Source: an uncultured Actinomycetota bacterium
GTDB taxonomy: Bacteria; Actinomycetota; Acidimicrobiia; Spongiisociales; UBA4744
Direction of reading: 5' to 3'
NCBI GenBank assembly: GCA_963717135.1
Contig: CAVQVN010000009.1
Location: forward strand, 318,386 to 382,385
DNA: 64,000 bases
Shown one piece after another: positions 1 to 10,062 of the stretch. A program made the translations under genes and the position numbers. Below the pieces are notes generated by a model. The model was not told where the DNA came from. It saw only the letters and a program-made list of their open reading frames with translations, and made no database searches. Position 1 is the first letter of the stretch; each line of letters begins with the position of its first letter.

Positions 1-3000
1 CACCTGATCGATCCCGGCGCGCAGTTGTGGATCGGTTTCGTCGTCGTAGAAGGTGAGCGCGGCCAGCGTCCGTTCGAATGCTTCTGATCCACGACCCGTC
101 CGGAGTTCAATTGCGGCCCGGGTGGCATCCCACCAGGCTTTCCAGAAGTCTGACAATTGGTCTTCTTCGAACTCATCGAGGCGGGCGAGTGCCTCTTGGT
201 AACGGCCCTGGGTCATATAGCTGCTGGCGGTGTCGCCGGCGTTCCGCACCATCCAACTGAAGTCGCCGAGTCGACTGGCCAGTTCGTGGAGCCGCTCGCC
301 GAGCCGCATGGCCTCCTGCGGATCGTCCAGATATAGCGTGGCGGCCAGATTGTTGATTGCCCGCCCGGCCACCCGCAGCAGACCGTTTTCTTCCGCAACG
401 GCGGCCACGCCCCTGAACAGAACTCGCGACTCCACCGCTCTGCCCCTCCAGCCAAGAGCCGTGGCCTGGGTAACCAGGCTGTCCAGCGACACTTCGGTCA
501 GGCCCAGAGATGAGGCGGCCGGAAGCAGGCGCACCACCGCCTCGATGGCCGGGGCAGGATTATTGGTCAGGGCATAACTGCGGGCGGCCTCGGCGGCCAG
601 CCGGACGGTGACCGGATCGTCGATGGTCCGGACCTCCCGAAAAACGGGCTCGACCACCGTCAAGGCTTCGTCGGACCGGTAGTGGCTGTTGAGCAGGCTG
701 CTGTGGGCGGTCGCCGCCCGTCTCACCCCCTCGATGTCACCCGCCTGTTCGAAGTGCTTTCTGGCCGCGTTGATGTAGGCAATGCCCCGCTCGACTTCTG
801 CCTGAGCTTCGGCAAACCCGGCGGCCTGGAGCCGGAACCCGGCCTTCTGCTCTTCGTGCCTGGACAGATCTATTGCCTGATCGAGCAACCCCATCGCTTG
901 GGCGTGCGAGCCAAGTTCGGCCGCTCGGGCCGCGGCGTCCGCCAGACCGCGCAGAGCTTGAGCAGCCAGCTCATCACGCTCGGCGCCGTCCGGACTGGCG
1001 TCGAAGGCGCCCATGAAATGGCCGGCGATGACTCCGGCCAACTCCGGATCGCCGAACCCGTCAAAATAGCGGGCGGCCGCCAGGTGTAGGGACCGTCGGT
1101 CCGGCCGGTTCAGGCGTTGGTAGGCCACCTCCCGGATCAGCGACTGCACGAACCTGTATTGGCCGCGTTCCGGGGACCGTGGGTCGTCCTCCAGATCGAG
1201 GAGCTCGAGCTGGACCAATCTCCGCAGATCAGCGTCAAGATCTTCCGTCTTGCCCTCGCGCAACGCCACCAGGCCCTCGGGAGTGAACGTCTGACCAAGC
1301 ACAGCCCCGTCTTGCAATAGCGATCGTTCGCCCGGCTCCAGGCGATCGAGTCGCGCCGCGATCACGGCCTGCAAGGAATCGGGCAAGGCCATGGAGACCA
1401 GATCCCCCTCGTACCGGAAACCCTCGTCCGCCTGGACCAGCTGACCGCGGGAGGTGAGCATCCGCACCATCTCAACGGCGTAGAGCGGCATCCCGGCCGA
1501 GCGTTCGACCAGCTTGGCGATAACGTCACCATCGACCCCGGGCAGGTACTCGGTCAGCATCTCTTTCATGTCCGGGTTGGTGAGCGGTGCCAGCCTCACC
1601 GCCATCGAGCTGCGGTGTTGCGCTCCCCACGTCGGGTGCCGATCAAGCAGATCGGGTCGGGCCAGCGTGATCACCAGCATCGGCGATCGAGCCGACCGTT
1701 CAACCAGTTCGGCAATGAAGTCGACCAGGCCGGAGTCGGCCCAATGAAGGTCTTCGAACACCAGGACGGTGGTACCCCGGCCGGCGATGTGCTGAAAGAA
1801 GGACCGCAGTGCCGAAAAGAGTTCGGCCCGACTGCCGGCAGGCATCTCCCCCAATCCCAATAGGGCTTCCAACCGGGGTTCGATCCAGCGGCGGTCCTCC
1901 TCGCTGGGAATGAACTCGGCGGCACACGTACGTAGCCGGGTCCGGGCCCGGGCCGGGTCTTCGCTCTCTACGATGCCGGCCCGGCGGCGGATCATCTCAC
2001 CGAGCGCCCAGAACGTAACCCCGTCGCCGTAGGAAGGCGAGCGGCCCTGATGCCAGTAGACGTCGTCGCTGAACCCGTCGATGTGGTTCTTGAACTCTTC
2101 GGCGAGCCGCGTCTTGCCGATCCCACCTTCACCGACGATCGAAACCAGACGGGCTCGTTGCTCGGTTTCGACGGCCGCCAGCTGATCTTTCAGCAATCGC
2201 ATTTCACGATCGCGACCGACAAACGGCGGTTGACGCAGATCCCCATCGGTCCGGCCGCCCACCATGGCAGCCACCCGGATGGCCTTCCAAGCCAGAACGG
2301 TGTCCGACTTGCCTTTCACGCTCCGTTCCCCCATGGGTTCATAATCGATGGAGCGAGAGGTGACCGAATGAGTAGTGGCTCCCACGAACACGGTGCCGGG
2401 TTCGGCGATGGATTGCAGCCGGGAGGCGGTGTTGACGAGGTCGCCGACCACCAGACCTTTCTCGTTTCCCCCCGGTCCCACCGAGGTGGAACCCGAATTG
2501 ACCCCGGCTCGCAACCTCAGTTCGGGCTGATCCAGTTCCTCGCCGAGGGCGGCCACCATGTCGACCAGCTCCAGACCCGCCCGAACGGCGCGTTCGCCGT
2601 CGTCTTCCCGCGCCATGGTGGCTCCCCACACACCCATGACGGCGTCACCGATGAATTTGTCGACGGATCCCCCAAACCGTTCGATGATTTCTCGGGCCCG
2701 GTCGAAGTACACGGTGAGCATGTCACGCACCTCTTCGGAATCCCGTTTCTCCGAGTAGGTGGTGTAGCTGACGATGTCGGCAAACAAGACCGAGATGAAC
2801 CGCTTCTCGGTGATGGCCGGCACTTCGGAAACTTCGGAAGTCGCAGCCACCGGGGCAACGCTTCCCCCCAACTGTTGACCGCAGTTGCCACAGAACTTGT
2901 CGTCGGCGTCGTTCTCGGTGCCACAGTGCGCACAAACTAAACTCAGCGGGTTGCCGCACTCTTTGCAGAACTTCCGATCTGCACGGTTCTCGGTTCCACA

Positions 3001-3015
3001 CACACCGCAGGTCAA
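1..3015 (-). CDS. Class III adenylate/guanylate cyclase with N-terminal double zinc ribbon, AAA/STAND ATPase and TPR-like region; runs off the window edge
   Basis: Manual translation from TTG 3015 (RBS GGAGA): LTCGVCGTENRADRKFCKECG..CAHCG..FCGNCG, VLFADIVSYT, DKFIGDAVM, GDLVNTASRLQ, FVGRDRE, Walker A GEGGIGKTRL. Missing from the ORF track because its stop lies outside the window. Confidence 0.92.
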   Translation of the reverse strand, partial: MTCGVCGTENRADRKFCKECGNPLSLVCAHCGTENDADDKFCGNCGQQLGGSVAPVAATSEVSEVPAITEKRFISVLFADIVSYTTYSEKRDSEEVRDMLTVYFDRAREIIERFGGSVDKFIGDAVMGVWGATMAREDDGERAVRAGLELVDMVAALGEELDQPELRLRAGVNSGSTSVGPGGNEKGLVVGDLVNTASRLQSIAEPGTVFVGATTHSVTSRSIDYEPMGERSVKGKSDTVLAWKAIRVAAMVGGRTDGDLRQPPFVGRDREMRLLKDQLAAVETEQRARLVSIVGEGGIGKTRLAEEFKNHIDGFSDDVYWHQGRSPSYGDGVTFWALGEMIRRRAGIVESEDPARARTRLRTCAAEFIPSEEDRRWIEPRLEALLGLGEMPAGSRAELFSALRSFFQHIAGRGTTVLVFEDLHWADSGLVDFIAELVERSARSPMLVITLARPDLLDRHPTWGAQHRSSMAVRLAPLTNPDMKEMLTEYLPGVDGDVIAKLVERSAGMPLYAVEMVRMLTSRGQLVQADEGFRYEGDLVSMALPDSLQAVIAARLDRLEPGERSLLQDGAVLGQTFTPEGLVALREGKTEDLDADLRRLVQLELLDLEDDPRSPERGQYRFVQSLIREVAYQRLNRPDRRSLHLAAARYFDGFGDPELAGVIAGHFMGAFDASPDGAERDELAAQALRGLADAAARAAELGSHAQAMGLLDQAIDLSRHEEQKAGFRLQAAGFAEAQAEVERGIAYINAARKHFEQAGDIEGVRRAATAHSSLLNSHYRSDEALTVVEPVFREVRTIDDPVTVRLAAEAARSYALTNNPAPAIEAVVRLLPAASSLGLTEVSLDSLVTQATALGWRGRAVESRVLFRGVAAVAEENGLLRVAGRAINNLAATLYLDDPQEAMRLGERLHELASRLGDFSWMVRNAGDTASSYMTQGRYQEALARLDEFEEDQLSDFWKAWWDATRAAIELRTGRGSEAFERTLAALTFYDDETDPQLRAGIDQV

Positions 3016-3169
3016 GGGCGTTCTCCAAGCATGGCCGGCAGGTTACCGAATGGTCATTAGTTTGGCAGTCACGGATGTCTCGGTCGCTCAAATATATCGG
3101 TGACGGCCGGCCGACCGGGGTCGCGGTAGAGTTTCCTCGACCCAGCAAGCTAGATCACCCAATCTTGGG

Positions 3170-3691
3170 GTGACGAAACGGGATCGAACAAACGTGCCGA
3201 CGGAATTCCTCGCCTACATCGGGGCGGCCGCAATGGTGGTTCTGGCCTTCCTGGCCTACCGGTATTGGCGCTCCACCGCCGCTTACGCCCACCGGGTCCG
3301 GGAGTCCCATGCCCGACAGATCCGCGATTCGTACCGCGCTACCGCCGCTTCTGAAGAGGTCATACCGGATCCTGAGGCCGATCTGCCCGAGGCCCGGACC
3401 GACCAAGCGGTCCCCAGCCCGGCGTTCCGGCTGATCGAGGATCTGGAGCCCCGCCAAACAACGGCGAGGGCCTCCAGCCTCGGACCGGTAGCGGAACTCC
3501 TCAAGGAACTCGATGAAGAACTAGCCGCGCTCCCAAAAGGCATAGAACTGATGAACCTTCCGTTGCTCGAGCGGCGCCGGGTGGCCGACCGGCGCGAACA
3601 GCTGACGAAGGACCGATCCCGTCTCCTCGACCAACCCCAGAAGGGGAACCACCGCCGGAGTCGCCGCCGGAGTCCGGGGTCGGTGCAATAG
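3170..3691 (+). CDS. Hypothetical protein, N-terminal TM helix and C-terminal coiled coil
   Basis: 173-aa ORF filling the gap; hydrophobic FLAYIGAAAMVVLAFLAY and helical ELLKELDEELAAL. Confidence 0.65.
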   Translation: MTKRDRTNVPTEFLAYIGAAAMVVLAFLAYRYWRSTAAYAHRVRESHARQIRDSYRATAASEEVIPDPEADLPEARTDQAVPSPAFRLIEDLEPRQTTARASSLGPVAELLKELDEELAALPKGIELMNLPLLERRRVADRREQLTKDRSRLLDQPQKGNHRRSRRRSPGSVQ

Positions 3692-3711
3692 GCTCCCGCC
3701 AAGGAAGACCC

Positions 3712-4065
3712 TTACGGCCTCTCGTCCTCGTCGATATCGATGCTCTCCAGATAACACTGATCGCCACCGGTCAACTCGATCCGGACGCTCCCACATGCCG
3801 GACAAACCGGCTCCGTCGATGCCGGGTTCTGGCCGCCGCAATCCCAGCAGGTCACCGAGCCGTTCTCTCTCCGCACGATCACCTCGGCATGTTCGACCGC
3901 AGTTCCTTTGCTGAGAATCTCGAAGTGAAACCGCAGCGCCTCTTCGGTGACGTGGGTGAAATCGCCCAAGACCACCGAAACGCGGGCAACCCGCCCGGCC
4001 TCGTGCTGTTGGGCTGTTTCCAGCGCGGTCTGAACGATGCCGCTGATGATGGACACTTCATGCAT
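3712..4065 (-). CDS. hypA: Hydrogenase/urease maturation nickel metallochaperone HypA
   Basis: N-terminal MHE Ni motif, CWDC and CPAC Zn sites, C-terminal GDQCYLESIDI. Start reassigned to ATG 4065. Confidence 0.92.
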   Translation of the reverse strand: MHEVSIISGIVQTALETAQQHEAGRVARVSVVLGDFTHVTEEALRFHFEILSKGTAVEHAEVIVRRENGSVTCWDCGGQNPASTEPVCPACGSVRIELTGGDQCYLESIDIDEDERP

Positions 4066-4153
4066 CGCCCAATAGTGACAGGCCTTGGCGGATCTTGGCC
4101 AATCCTGGCGGTCCGTCCATCTCGCGACCCGGTGCTCTGCGCACTCCGATACC

Positions 4154-5578
4154 ATGCGGGAAATGAGTCAACCTCCGCCCAATCGGGGCATCTTCTGCAA
4201 CCGGACCCTCAACCTCCGCTCGATCAAAGCCATCGGGTACGACCTCGATTACACCTTGGTGCACTACAACACTCTGGAGTGGGAACGGCGCGCCTACCAC
4301 CACACCAAACTACGGCTGGCGGAGCGGGGCTGGCCGGTCGCCGATCTCATCTTCGATCCTGACGAGGTCATCCAGGGTCTGACGATCGACCTTGAGTTGG
4401 GAAACCTCCTCAAAGTGACCCGCTTCGGCTATGTGATCCGGGCAGCGCACGGCACCCGGCTGCTCGAATTTGATGAGGTGCGCCGCTCCTACACCGGCAC
4501 GGTCGTCGATCTGAACCAGGACCGCTGGGTGTTCATCAACACGTTGTTCTCGCTGTCGGAGGCGTCCCTTTTTGCTCAGCTGGTCGATTTGGCCGACGCC
4601 GGGGCGATTCCCGAGGTGATCGGCTACGAGAACCTGTACCGGACCGTCCGCGGTGCCCTCGATGCCGCCCACATGGAAGGCACTCTCAAGAGTGAGGTCC
4701 TGGCCAATCCCGATCGGTTCATCGAGCCGGATCCTGATGTTGTGCCGATGCTGATCGATCAACGGGAAGCGGGCAAACAGCTGATGCTGATCACCAACTC
4801 CGAGTGGGAGTACGCCGAGAGGATCCTCGCCCATGTCTTCGATCCCCAGTTGCCGGACGGACAGGCCTGGCAGGATCTTTTCGACACGGTCATCGTCTCG
4901 GCCAACAAGCCGGGCTTCTTCGAAGAACCTCATCGCCTCTACCGTGTGGTCGATGAGGATCGGGCGTTGCTAAGACCGCATCTGGGTCCGATGGAGCCGG
5001 GCGGCGTCTACTTCGGTGGGAGCGCCTATCAGGTGGAAGAGAGCCTCGGTCTGTCCGGTGAGGAGATTCTCTACGTGGGTGATCATCTCTTTGGAGACGT
5101 CCACGCCTCGAAATCTGCACTTCGCTGGCGAACTGCGTTGGTGCTCTACGAGCTCGAAGCGGAAGTGGATGCCCTCATCGATTTTGCGGATCAGGAAACC
5201 CGTCTGATCGAGTTGATGGATGAGAAAGGCCGCCTCGAGGCCGAACAGGCCGACCTGCGCCTCATTCGTCAACGCAACAAATACACCCCCATCGAGCCGC
5301 CCCGCAGCAACCGCAGCCTGGATCGGGCGCTCGACGACATCCGCGCCCTTCTGGCCGACCTCGACGAGAAGATCGCCCCATTGGCCATAGCCGCCGGGGC
5401 TCTCAGCAACGATCGATGGGGTTTGCTGATGAGATCCGGCGTCGACAAAAGCCTGTTCGCTCGCCAGGTCGAACGGTATGCCGACGTGTACACGTCTCGG
5501 GTCTCAAACCTCCTCTACGCCACTCCGCACGGGTTCCTGAGGGCGTTCCGCAGCCCTCTCCCCCACGACCGGATCTGA
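4154..5578 (+). CDS. HAD-IG family 5'-nucleotidase
   Basis: IFCNRTLNLRSIKAIGYDLDYTL (motif I), LITNS, KPGFF, YVGDHLFGDV, RYADVYTSRVSN. Start 4154 or 4163. Confidence 0.92.
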   Translation: MREMSQPPPNRGIFCNRTLNLRSIKAIGYDLDYTLVHYNTLEWERRAYHHTKLRLAERGWPVADLIFDPDEVIQGLTIDLELGNLLKVTRFGYVIRAAHGTRLLEFDEVRRSYTGTVVDLNQDRWVFINTLFSLSEASLFAQLVDLADAGAIPEVIGYENLYRTVRGALDAAHMEGTLKSEVLANPDRFIEPDPDVVPMLIDQREAGKQLMLITNSEWEYAERILAHVFDPQLPDGQAWQDLFDTVIVSANKPGFFEEPHRLYRVVDEDRALLRPHLGPMEPGGVYFGGSAYQVEESLGLSGEEILYVGDHLFGDVHASKSALRWRTALVLYELEAEVDALIDFADQETRLIELMDEKGRLEAEQADLRLIRQRNKYTPIEPPRSNRSLDRALDDIRALLADLDEKIAPLAIAAGALSNDRWGLLMRSGVDKSLFARQVERYADVYTSRVSNLLYATPHGFLRAFRSPLPHDRI

Positions 5579-5664
5579 ATCTCCGCCAACTCGCTTTGAT
5601 TATCGGTCGCTTCACTCCGGCCGTTGGCCGCTGGTTCCTCTAATCTCTCGCCACCAGAGGGAGT

Positions 5665-7365
5665 GTGGTGTCAGAGTCCAAGCCGTCGTTTCGTAGCGCG
5701 CTGCATCATCGTGATTACCGGTGGCTGGCGTCTGCCTTCGTTGTCTCCAACATCGGGAGTTGGGCCTACAACGTCGCCTTGATGGTCTGGGTGTTCGATG
5801 CGACGGGATCGGCGGCCTGGGCGGGGGCGGTGAGTCTGGCCCGGTTTGTGCCTGCCTTGCTGTTCAGCGCCTACGGGGGCGTGCTGGCCGAACGGTTCGA
5901 GCGCCGCAACCTCATCGTCACGCTCAATCTGACCTCGGCGGCGACCCACGTGCTGCTGGCCATGGTCGTGCTGGCCAACGGACCGATTGTCATTGCGTTG
6001 GTGCTCGCCGCCCTCGGCACGATGCAGGGAACTATCTACGAGCCGGGCGTCATCGCCCTCACCCCGGAGATCGTCGGTGAAACCGATCTGGCAGCTGCCA
6101 ATTCCCTCAATAGCTTGATCGACAACTCGGCGATCATCGCCGGGCCTGCTATCGGCGCACTGCTGCTGGTTTGGTTCGACCCATCGGTGACCCTCCTCAT
6201 CAATGCCGCCACCTTTGCTTACGCGGCCGGGGCCACCCGCATGGTCAAGACTCGCAGCCAACCGAGCGACGTCACCGAAGGCGGTCAAAAGGGCCCGCTG
6301 GCCCAGATGGCCGTCGGTTTGAAAGCCCTGGCGGGGTCGAGCACCGCCCGCCTGCTGGCCGGGTTCAGCGTTCTGGCCAGCTTCTACTACGGCACGGATA
6401 CGGTGCTGCTGGTCGTCTTGAGTGAGACCAACCTGGGTACGGGAGCCGAGGGTTTCGGCTATCTCCTCACGGCACTTGGAGTAGGCGGGATCATCGCCGC
6501 TCCCCTGGTGAACAAGCTGGGCAATTCGGCCCGCTTGGGAACAGTGATTGCAGTCGGGATGATCGTCTACACGCTCCCCACTGCCCTCATGGTGCTGGTG
6601 TCCGACCCGGCGGTGGCCTTCGCACTGCAAGTGGTACGCGGCGCCGGGACTCTGGTGGTCGACGTTCTGGCGCTGACCGCCATGCAACGCACCCTGCCGC
6701 CCAACCTGGTCGCCCGGGTGTACGGCGTGTTCATTGCCCTGGTTCTGGCCGCCATCTCGCTTGGAGCGGCCCTGACCCCGCTACTGCTGTCGCTCTTCGG
6801 GCTCACGGGAACATTGTTGATCTATGGAGTCGGAACCCCGCTGGCGGTGCTCCTCGGCTATCCGCGGCTGTTGCATGTCGATCGTCTCGCCAAGCAACGC
6901 CTCTTGGAATTGCAGCCGAAACTGCACGCCCTCGAAGCCAGTCCCTTGTTTGCCGCGCTGGGCAGGGCCAACCTGGAGCATCTGGCGGCCGCCGCCACCG
7001 AGATGAGCCTGCCGATAGGGACACTGATCATCCGCCAGGGCGACCCGGCGGATGCGATGTATCTCATCGAAGAAGGAGCGGTGGCCGTCACCGTCCAAGG
7101 TGCGGATGGGCTACACCATCCGGTGGCCGAGCTGAAGGCGGGCGACTACTTCGGCGAGGTCGCCCTGCTCGACAACGTACCGCGTACGGCCGACGTGCGG
7201 GTTGTCGAAGATTCCCGGCTCTTCAAGATCGACCGCGACACTTTCCTCTCGGCGGCCGGACACCACCCCGGCACCGGGTTCCTCGATCGGGCCCGCCACC
7301 GAACCGCCCAGACCATGCACATCGGCGCCGCGTTGCAGGACGGCGGCGAGACGGTTTTCCAGTAG
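5665..7365 (+). CDS. MFS transporter fused to C-terminal cyclic-nucleotide-binding domain
   Basis: About 12 TM segments with motif A-like GVLAERFERR; cNMP domain IIRQGDPADAMYLIEEG and GDYFGEVALLDNVPRTADV. Confidence 0.9.
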   Translation: MVSESKPSFRSALHHRDYRWLASAFVVSNIGSWAYNVALMVWVFDATGSAAWAGAVSLARFVPALLFSAYGGVLAERFERRNLIVTLNLTSAATHVLLAMVVLANGPIVIALVLAALGTMQGTIYEPGVIALTPEIVGETDLAAANSLNSLIDNSAIIAGPAIGALLLVWFDPSVTLLINAATFAYAAGATRMVKTRSQPSDVTEGGQKGPLAQMAVGLKALAGSSTARLLAGFSVLASFYYGTDTVLLVVLSETNLGTGAEGFGYLLTALGVGGIIAAPLVNKLGNSARLGTVIAVGMIVYTLPTALMVLVSDPAVAFALQVVRGAGTLVVDVLALTAMQRTLPPNLVARVYGVFIALVLAAISLGAALTPLLLSLFGLTGTLLIYGVGTPLAVLLGYPRLLHVDRLAKQRLLELQPKLHALEASPLFAALGRANLEHLAAAATEMSLPIGTLIIRQGDPADAMYLIEEGAVAVTVQGADGLHHPVAELKAGDYFGEVALLDNVPRTADVRVVEDSRLFKIDRDTFLSAAGHHPGTGFLDRARHRTAQTMHIGAALQDGGETVFQ

Positions 7366-7412
7366 CGCGCGTTCACGGGAATAGCCCCCCGGGTGGAATG
7401 GTTGCCACCCGC

Positions 7413-7793
7413 ATGGACGCAAACATCACCAAGGCCTTGGAAAAGGGCGGAGTAGTCGACATCACGACCACCGGGCGGGCGTCCGGTTTGCCTCGTCGCA
7501 TCGAGATCTTCTTTCACCAGTTCGATGGGGACTACTTCATCACCGGCCGACCCGGACGCAAGCGGGATTGGCTGGCCAATCTGATCGCCAACCCGGAGTT
7601 CACAGTGCACCTCAAACGAGGAGTCAAAGCAGATCTGCCGGCAACCGCCGAGCCGATCACCGACCCCGCCGAACGGGCCGGTATCCTGTTTCGCATCCTG
7701 ACGGAGAGCTGGAACAGCCCACCCGAGCAAGCAAGAATCGACCTGCCGACCTGGGTCGAAAAGGCCCCTCTGATCCGATTCTCCGTGGCCTGA
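7413..7793 (+). CDS. Deazaflavin (F420)-dependent nitroreductase family protein
   Basis: ITTTGRASGLPRRIEI and RDWLANLIANP split-barrel motifs. Confidence 0.85.
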   Translation: MDANITKALEKGGVVDITTTGRASGLPRRIEIFFHQFDGDYFITGRPGRKRDWLANLIANPEFTVHLKRGVKADLPATAEPITDPAERAGILFRILTESWNSPPEQARIDLPTWVEKAPLIRFSVA

Positions 7794-7937
7794 TCCACCG
7801 ACCAAACCGGCCGATGATCTACGGTCGCCCTCGTATGGGCAGCCAGCCACAGTCTTTGCCTCGCCCGCGGAGCACCTGCCAAGGGGCGAAGTGGAGGGGG
7901 TGATGGCGCATGGCTGACCGCGGACGGCTGTTGGCTC

Positions 7938-8390
7938 TCAGCCGACGGAATGTGCCTGTCGTGCAATCCGGATTACCGGCATCACCCGATCGGTCTTCTG
8001 CTCGTATTCGGCGAAGAAACCCATCGCGTCTTTCATCTTCCCGAACGCAACTGCTCGCTCCTGCCCCTCCAGAGTCGTGGCCCGGGCCTCGTAAAAATCG
8101 GCCTTGTTGCGCACCCACACGTTGGGATCAGCGACGATGTTGAGATACCAGGTGGGATGGTGATCGGCGCCACCTTTCGATGCCACGATGATCAGGTCTT
8201 CGCCATCTTCTACACAGACCAGCGGCACCCTGCGGATCTGCCCCGATTTGCGGCCCTTGAAATAGAGCAGGAAAACGCGATCGGCAACCGGATGCTCGAT
8301 GTCCGCACCGTTCGAAGCCACATACTGTCGGGCCTGACGGGAGACATATTCGCTGGGACTGTCGAGAGCTTCCTTTTCGATGGGGTTCAT
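7938..8390 (-). CDS. Deazaflavin (F420)-dependent nitroreductase, Ddn-like
   Basis: GRKSGQIRRVPL, IVASKGGADHHPTWYLNI, YEQKTDRVMPV. Confidence 0.9.
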   Translation of the reverse strand: MNPIEKEALDSPSEYVSRQARQYVASNGADIEHPVADRVFLLYFKGRKSGQIRRVPLVCVEDGEDLIIVASKGGADHHPTWYLNIVADPNVWVRNKADFYEARATTLEGQERAVAFGKMKDAMGFFAEYEQKTDRVMPVIRIARQAHSVG

Positions 8391-8462
8391 AAATGGATTT
8401 CCTTTTCAACGATCAGTGAAGTCAATCAACCGTTCGACGGAAACATTCCCAACCCCGCCCGC

Positions 8463-9227
8463 CTATTGCAGCAGTTGGCTTCGCAATGAACCGGCCAGGT
8501 GGTCGTCGATGCCCAAGAAATTCTCGAGATACCCGGCCACCGACCCGGCCATCTGCACCATCTCGTCGTGGGCGGCGCTGAGATAGGACGCATCGACCAG
8601 CAACATATCCTCGAGACGCCGGCGGGATTCGTTTTCGAGTTGCAGGCCGGCCTGCTCCATTTCCCGGGCGATGCGATCGACCATGGCCGCCTTTCCGGGA
8701 CCGAGCAAGTCGTTCGAGCGCAAGAAATCCTCCTCCACTTCGGTCCACGGCACACCCAGGACGGAGAGCAGCAGAGCTGCGCCGATCCCGGTACGGTCCT
8801 TTCCGGTCGCGCAATGGAATACCAGCGGGCGGGCTTGCGGGTCGGCCGCAGACCGGATCAAAGACGAGAAGACGTCGGAGTGATCACGGATTCCCGCCCG
8901 GTAGATCGTCTCCCACGACGGGAAGGACCGGAAATCCCCGGTTCGAAACATCTCCTCCATGGCGGCGTTGTCGACCGCCGGCAGCAGCCGCAGAGCAACA
9001 TAAGCAGCCGAAGGAGGTAGGCGATCGGGACGCGCCGCGGCCTCCGGCTCCGACCGCAGGTCAACGATCGTACGGATGCCCAACGTCCCGAGTCGATCCA
9101 GGTCGCGGTCGGTCAGGGAAGAAAAATCGCCGGATCGAAACAACTGCCCCCGGACCACAGAAGATCCATCGATAGTGCGATAGCCACCGAGATCCCTGAA
9201 GTTGGGCTGGCCTTCCAGCACGCGCAC
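8463..9227 (-). CDS. Tyrosine-protein phosphatase (PtpB/IphP-like)
   Basis: NFRDLGGY, LFRSG, P-loop FHCATGKDRTG. Confidence 0.92.
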   Translation of the reverse strand: MRVLEGQPNFRDLGGYRTIDGSSVVRGQLFRSGDFSSLTDRDLDRLGTLGIRTIVDLRSEPEAAARPDRLPPSAAYVALRLLPAVDNAAMEEMFRTGDFRSFPSWETIYRAGIRDHSDVFSSLIRSAADPQARPLVFHCATGKDRTGIGAALLLSVLGVPWTEVEEDFLRSNDLLGPGKAAMVDRIAREMEQAGLQLENESRRRLEDMLLVDASYLSAAHDEMVQMAGSVAGYLENFLGIDDHLAGSLRSQLLQ

Positions 9228-9313
9228 CGCCGCCTTAGTCGCCGGCGCCCAAGCCTACCGTTGGCCGGGTCGCCGAGGGCCGACCGCCGGCGGACGACTG
9301 TGCCTTGAGATCC

Positions 9314-9476
9314 GCCCCTCCCTGCCAGGGAGGGGCAGGCTCGACCGAAGGGAGAGCCAGGGGAGGGTCAGGCGCCAGCCGACGGCCTCGCGGCGGGGCG
9401 TGACCCCCGTCCCCCTCGCTTTGCTCGGGTACTTCCCCCTTGCAGGGGGAAGTGACGGCCATCCCCCTCGCTTTGC
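9314..9476. repeat. Extragenic palindromic (REP/MITE-like) mosaic element
   Basis: Hairpins GCCCCTCCCT-gcc-AGGGAGGGGC (9314-9336) and ACTTCCCCCT-tgc-AGGGGGAAGT (9431-9453); 15-bp direct repeat TCCCCCTCGCTTTGC at 9410 and 9462. Confidence 0.7.
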
Positions 9477-9477
9477 G

Positions 9478-10062
9478 TTATCGAGCGTTCTGTGCGCGGG
9501 GATACACCAATGTGACTGCGGCCACCGGAATGGCGGCGGGATCCTCGTCACACATCTTGGCGTACCGCTCCAGGAGCGCCTCCAACTCGGAGACCAGATC
9601 CTGTAATCGGGCCGGCGTCAATTCGAACACCATCCGTCCCAACGTCATTCGCTTGTGGTCTGAGTGTTCCTCGAGACCTTCGATTCCCTGCTCTTCGAGC
9701 GCCCTGGCGAAGTCGACCTGAGTGGCCCCGAAGACGGCACCCAGGATGGCATCGCGCTGCTGGGAGGGCCGGGCGTTGGCCAGGAACTTCTCCGAAGGTC
9801 GGTAGCTGGAGGCTGCCACCAGGTAGATCTTCTCGGTCAGAGCACCAGCTTTACGAGTGTCGACAACCTCGATGAGCCCTGCCTCTTCGAGGAGCTTGAC
9901 GTGATGGTAGAGACGGGTACGCGGCACCCCCATGGCCTCCGCCAGCGCCGTCACCGAGCGAGCCTCACCGAGCATCTCGATGATCGAGATCCGGGTTTGG
10001 TCGGCTAGCAGCTCGAAGGTTTCTTCATCGTCGATCCAGAAAACCTCTCTGGTGGGTTTCAA
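9478..10062 (-). CDS. ArsR-type winged helix-turn-helix transcriptional regulator
   Basis: LADQTRISII, SVTALAEAMGVPRTRLYHHVKLLEEAGLI, EKIY. Confidence 0.88.
   Translation of the reverse strand: MKPTREVFWIDDEETFELLADQTRISIIEMLGEARSVTALAEAMGVPRTRLYHHVKLLEEAGLIEVVDTRKAGALTEKIYLVAASSYRPSEKFLANARPSQQRDAILGAVFGATQVDFARALEEQGIEGLEEHSDHKRMTLGRMVFELTPARLQDLVSELEALLERYAKMCDEDPAAIPVAAVTLVYPRAQNAR

Noticed and set aside
2050-2940. 296-aa plus-strand ORF and neighbouring ORFs in 78-3148
   Set aside because: Antisense shadows of the minus-strand cyclase gene, typical of high-GC codon bias.
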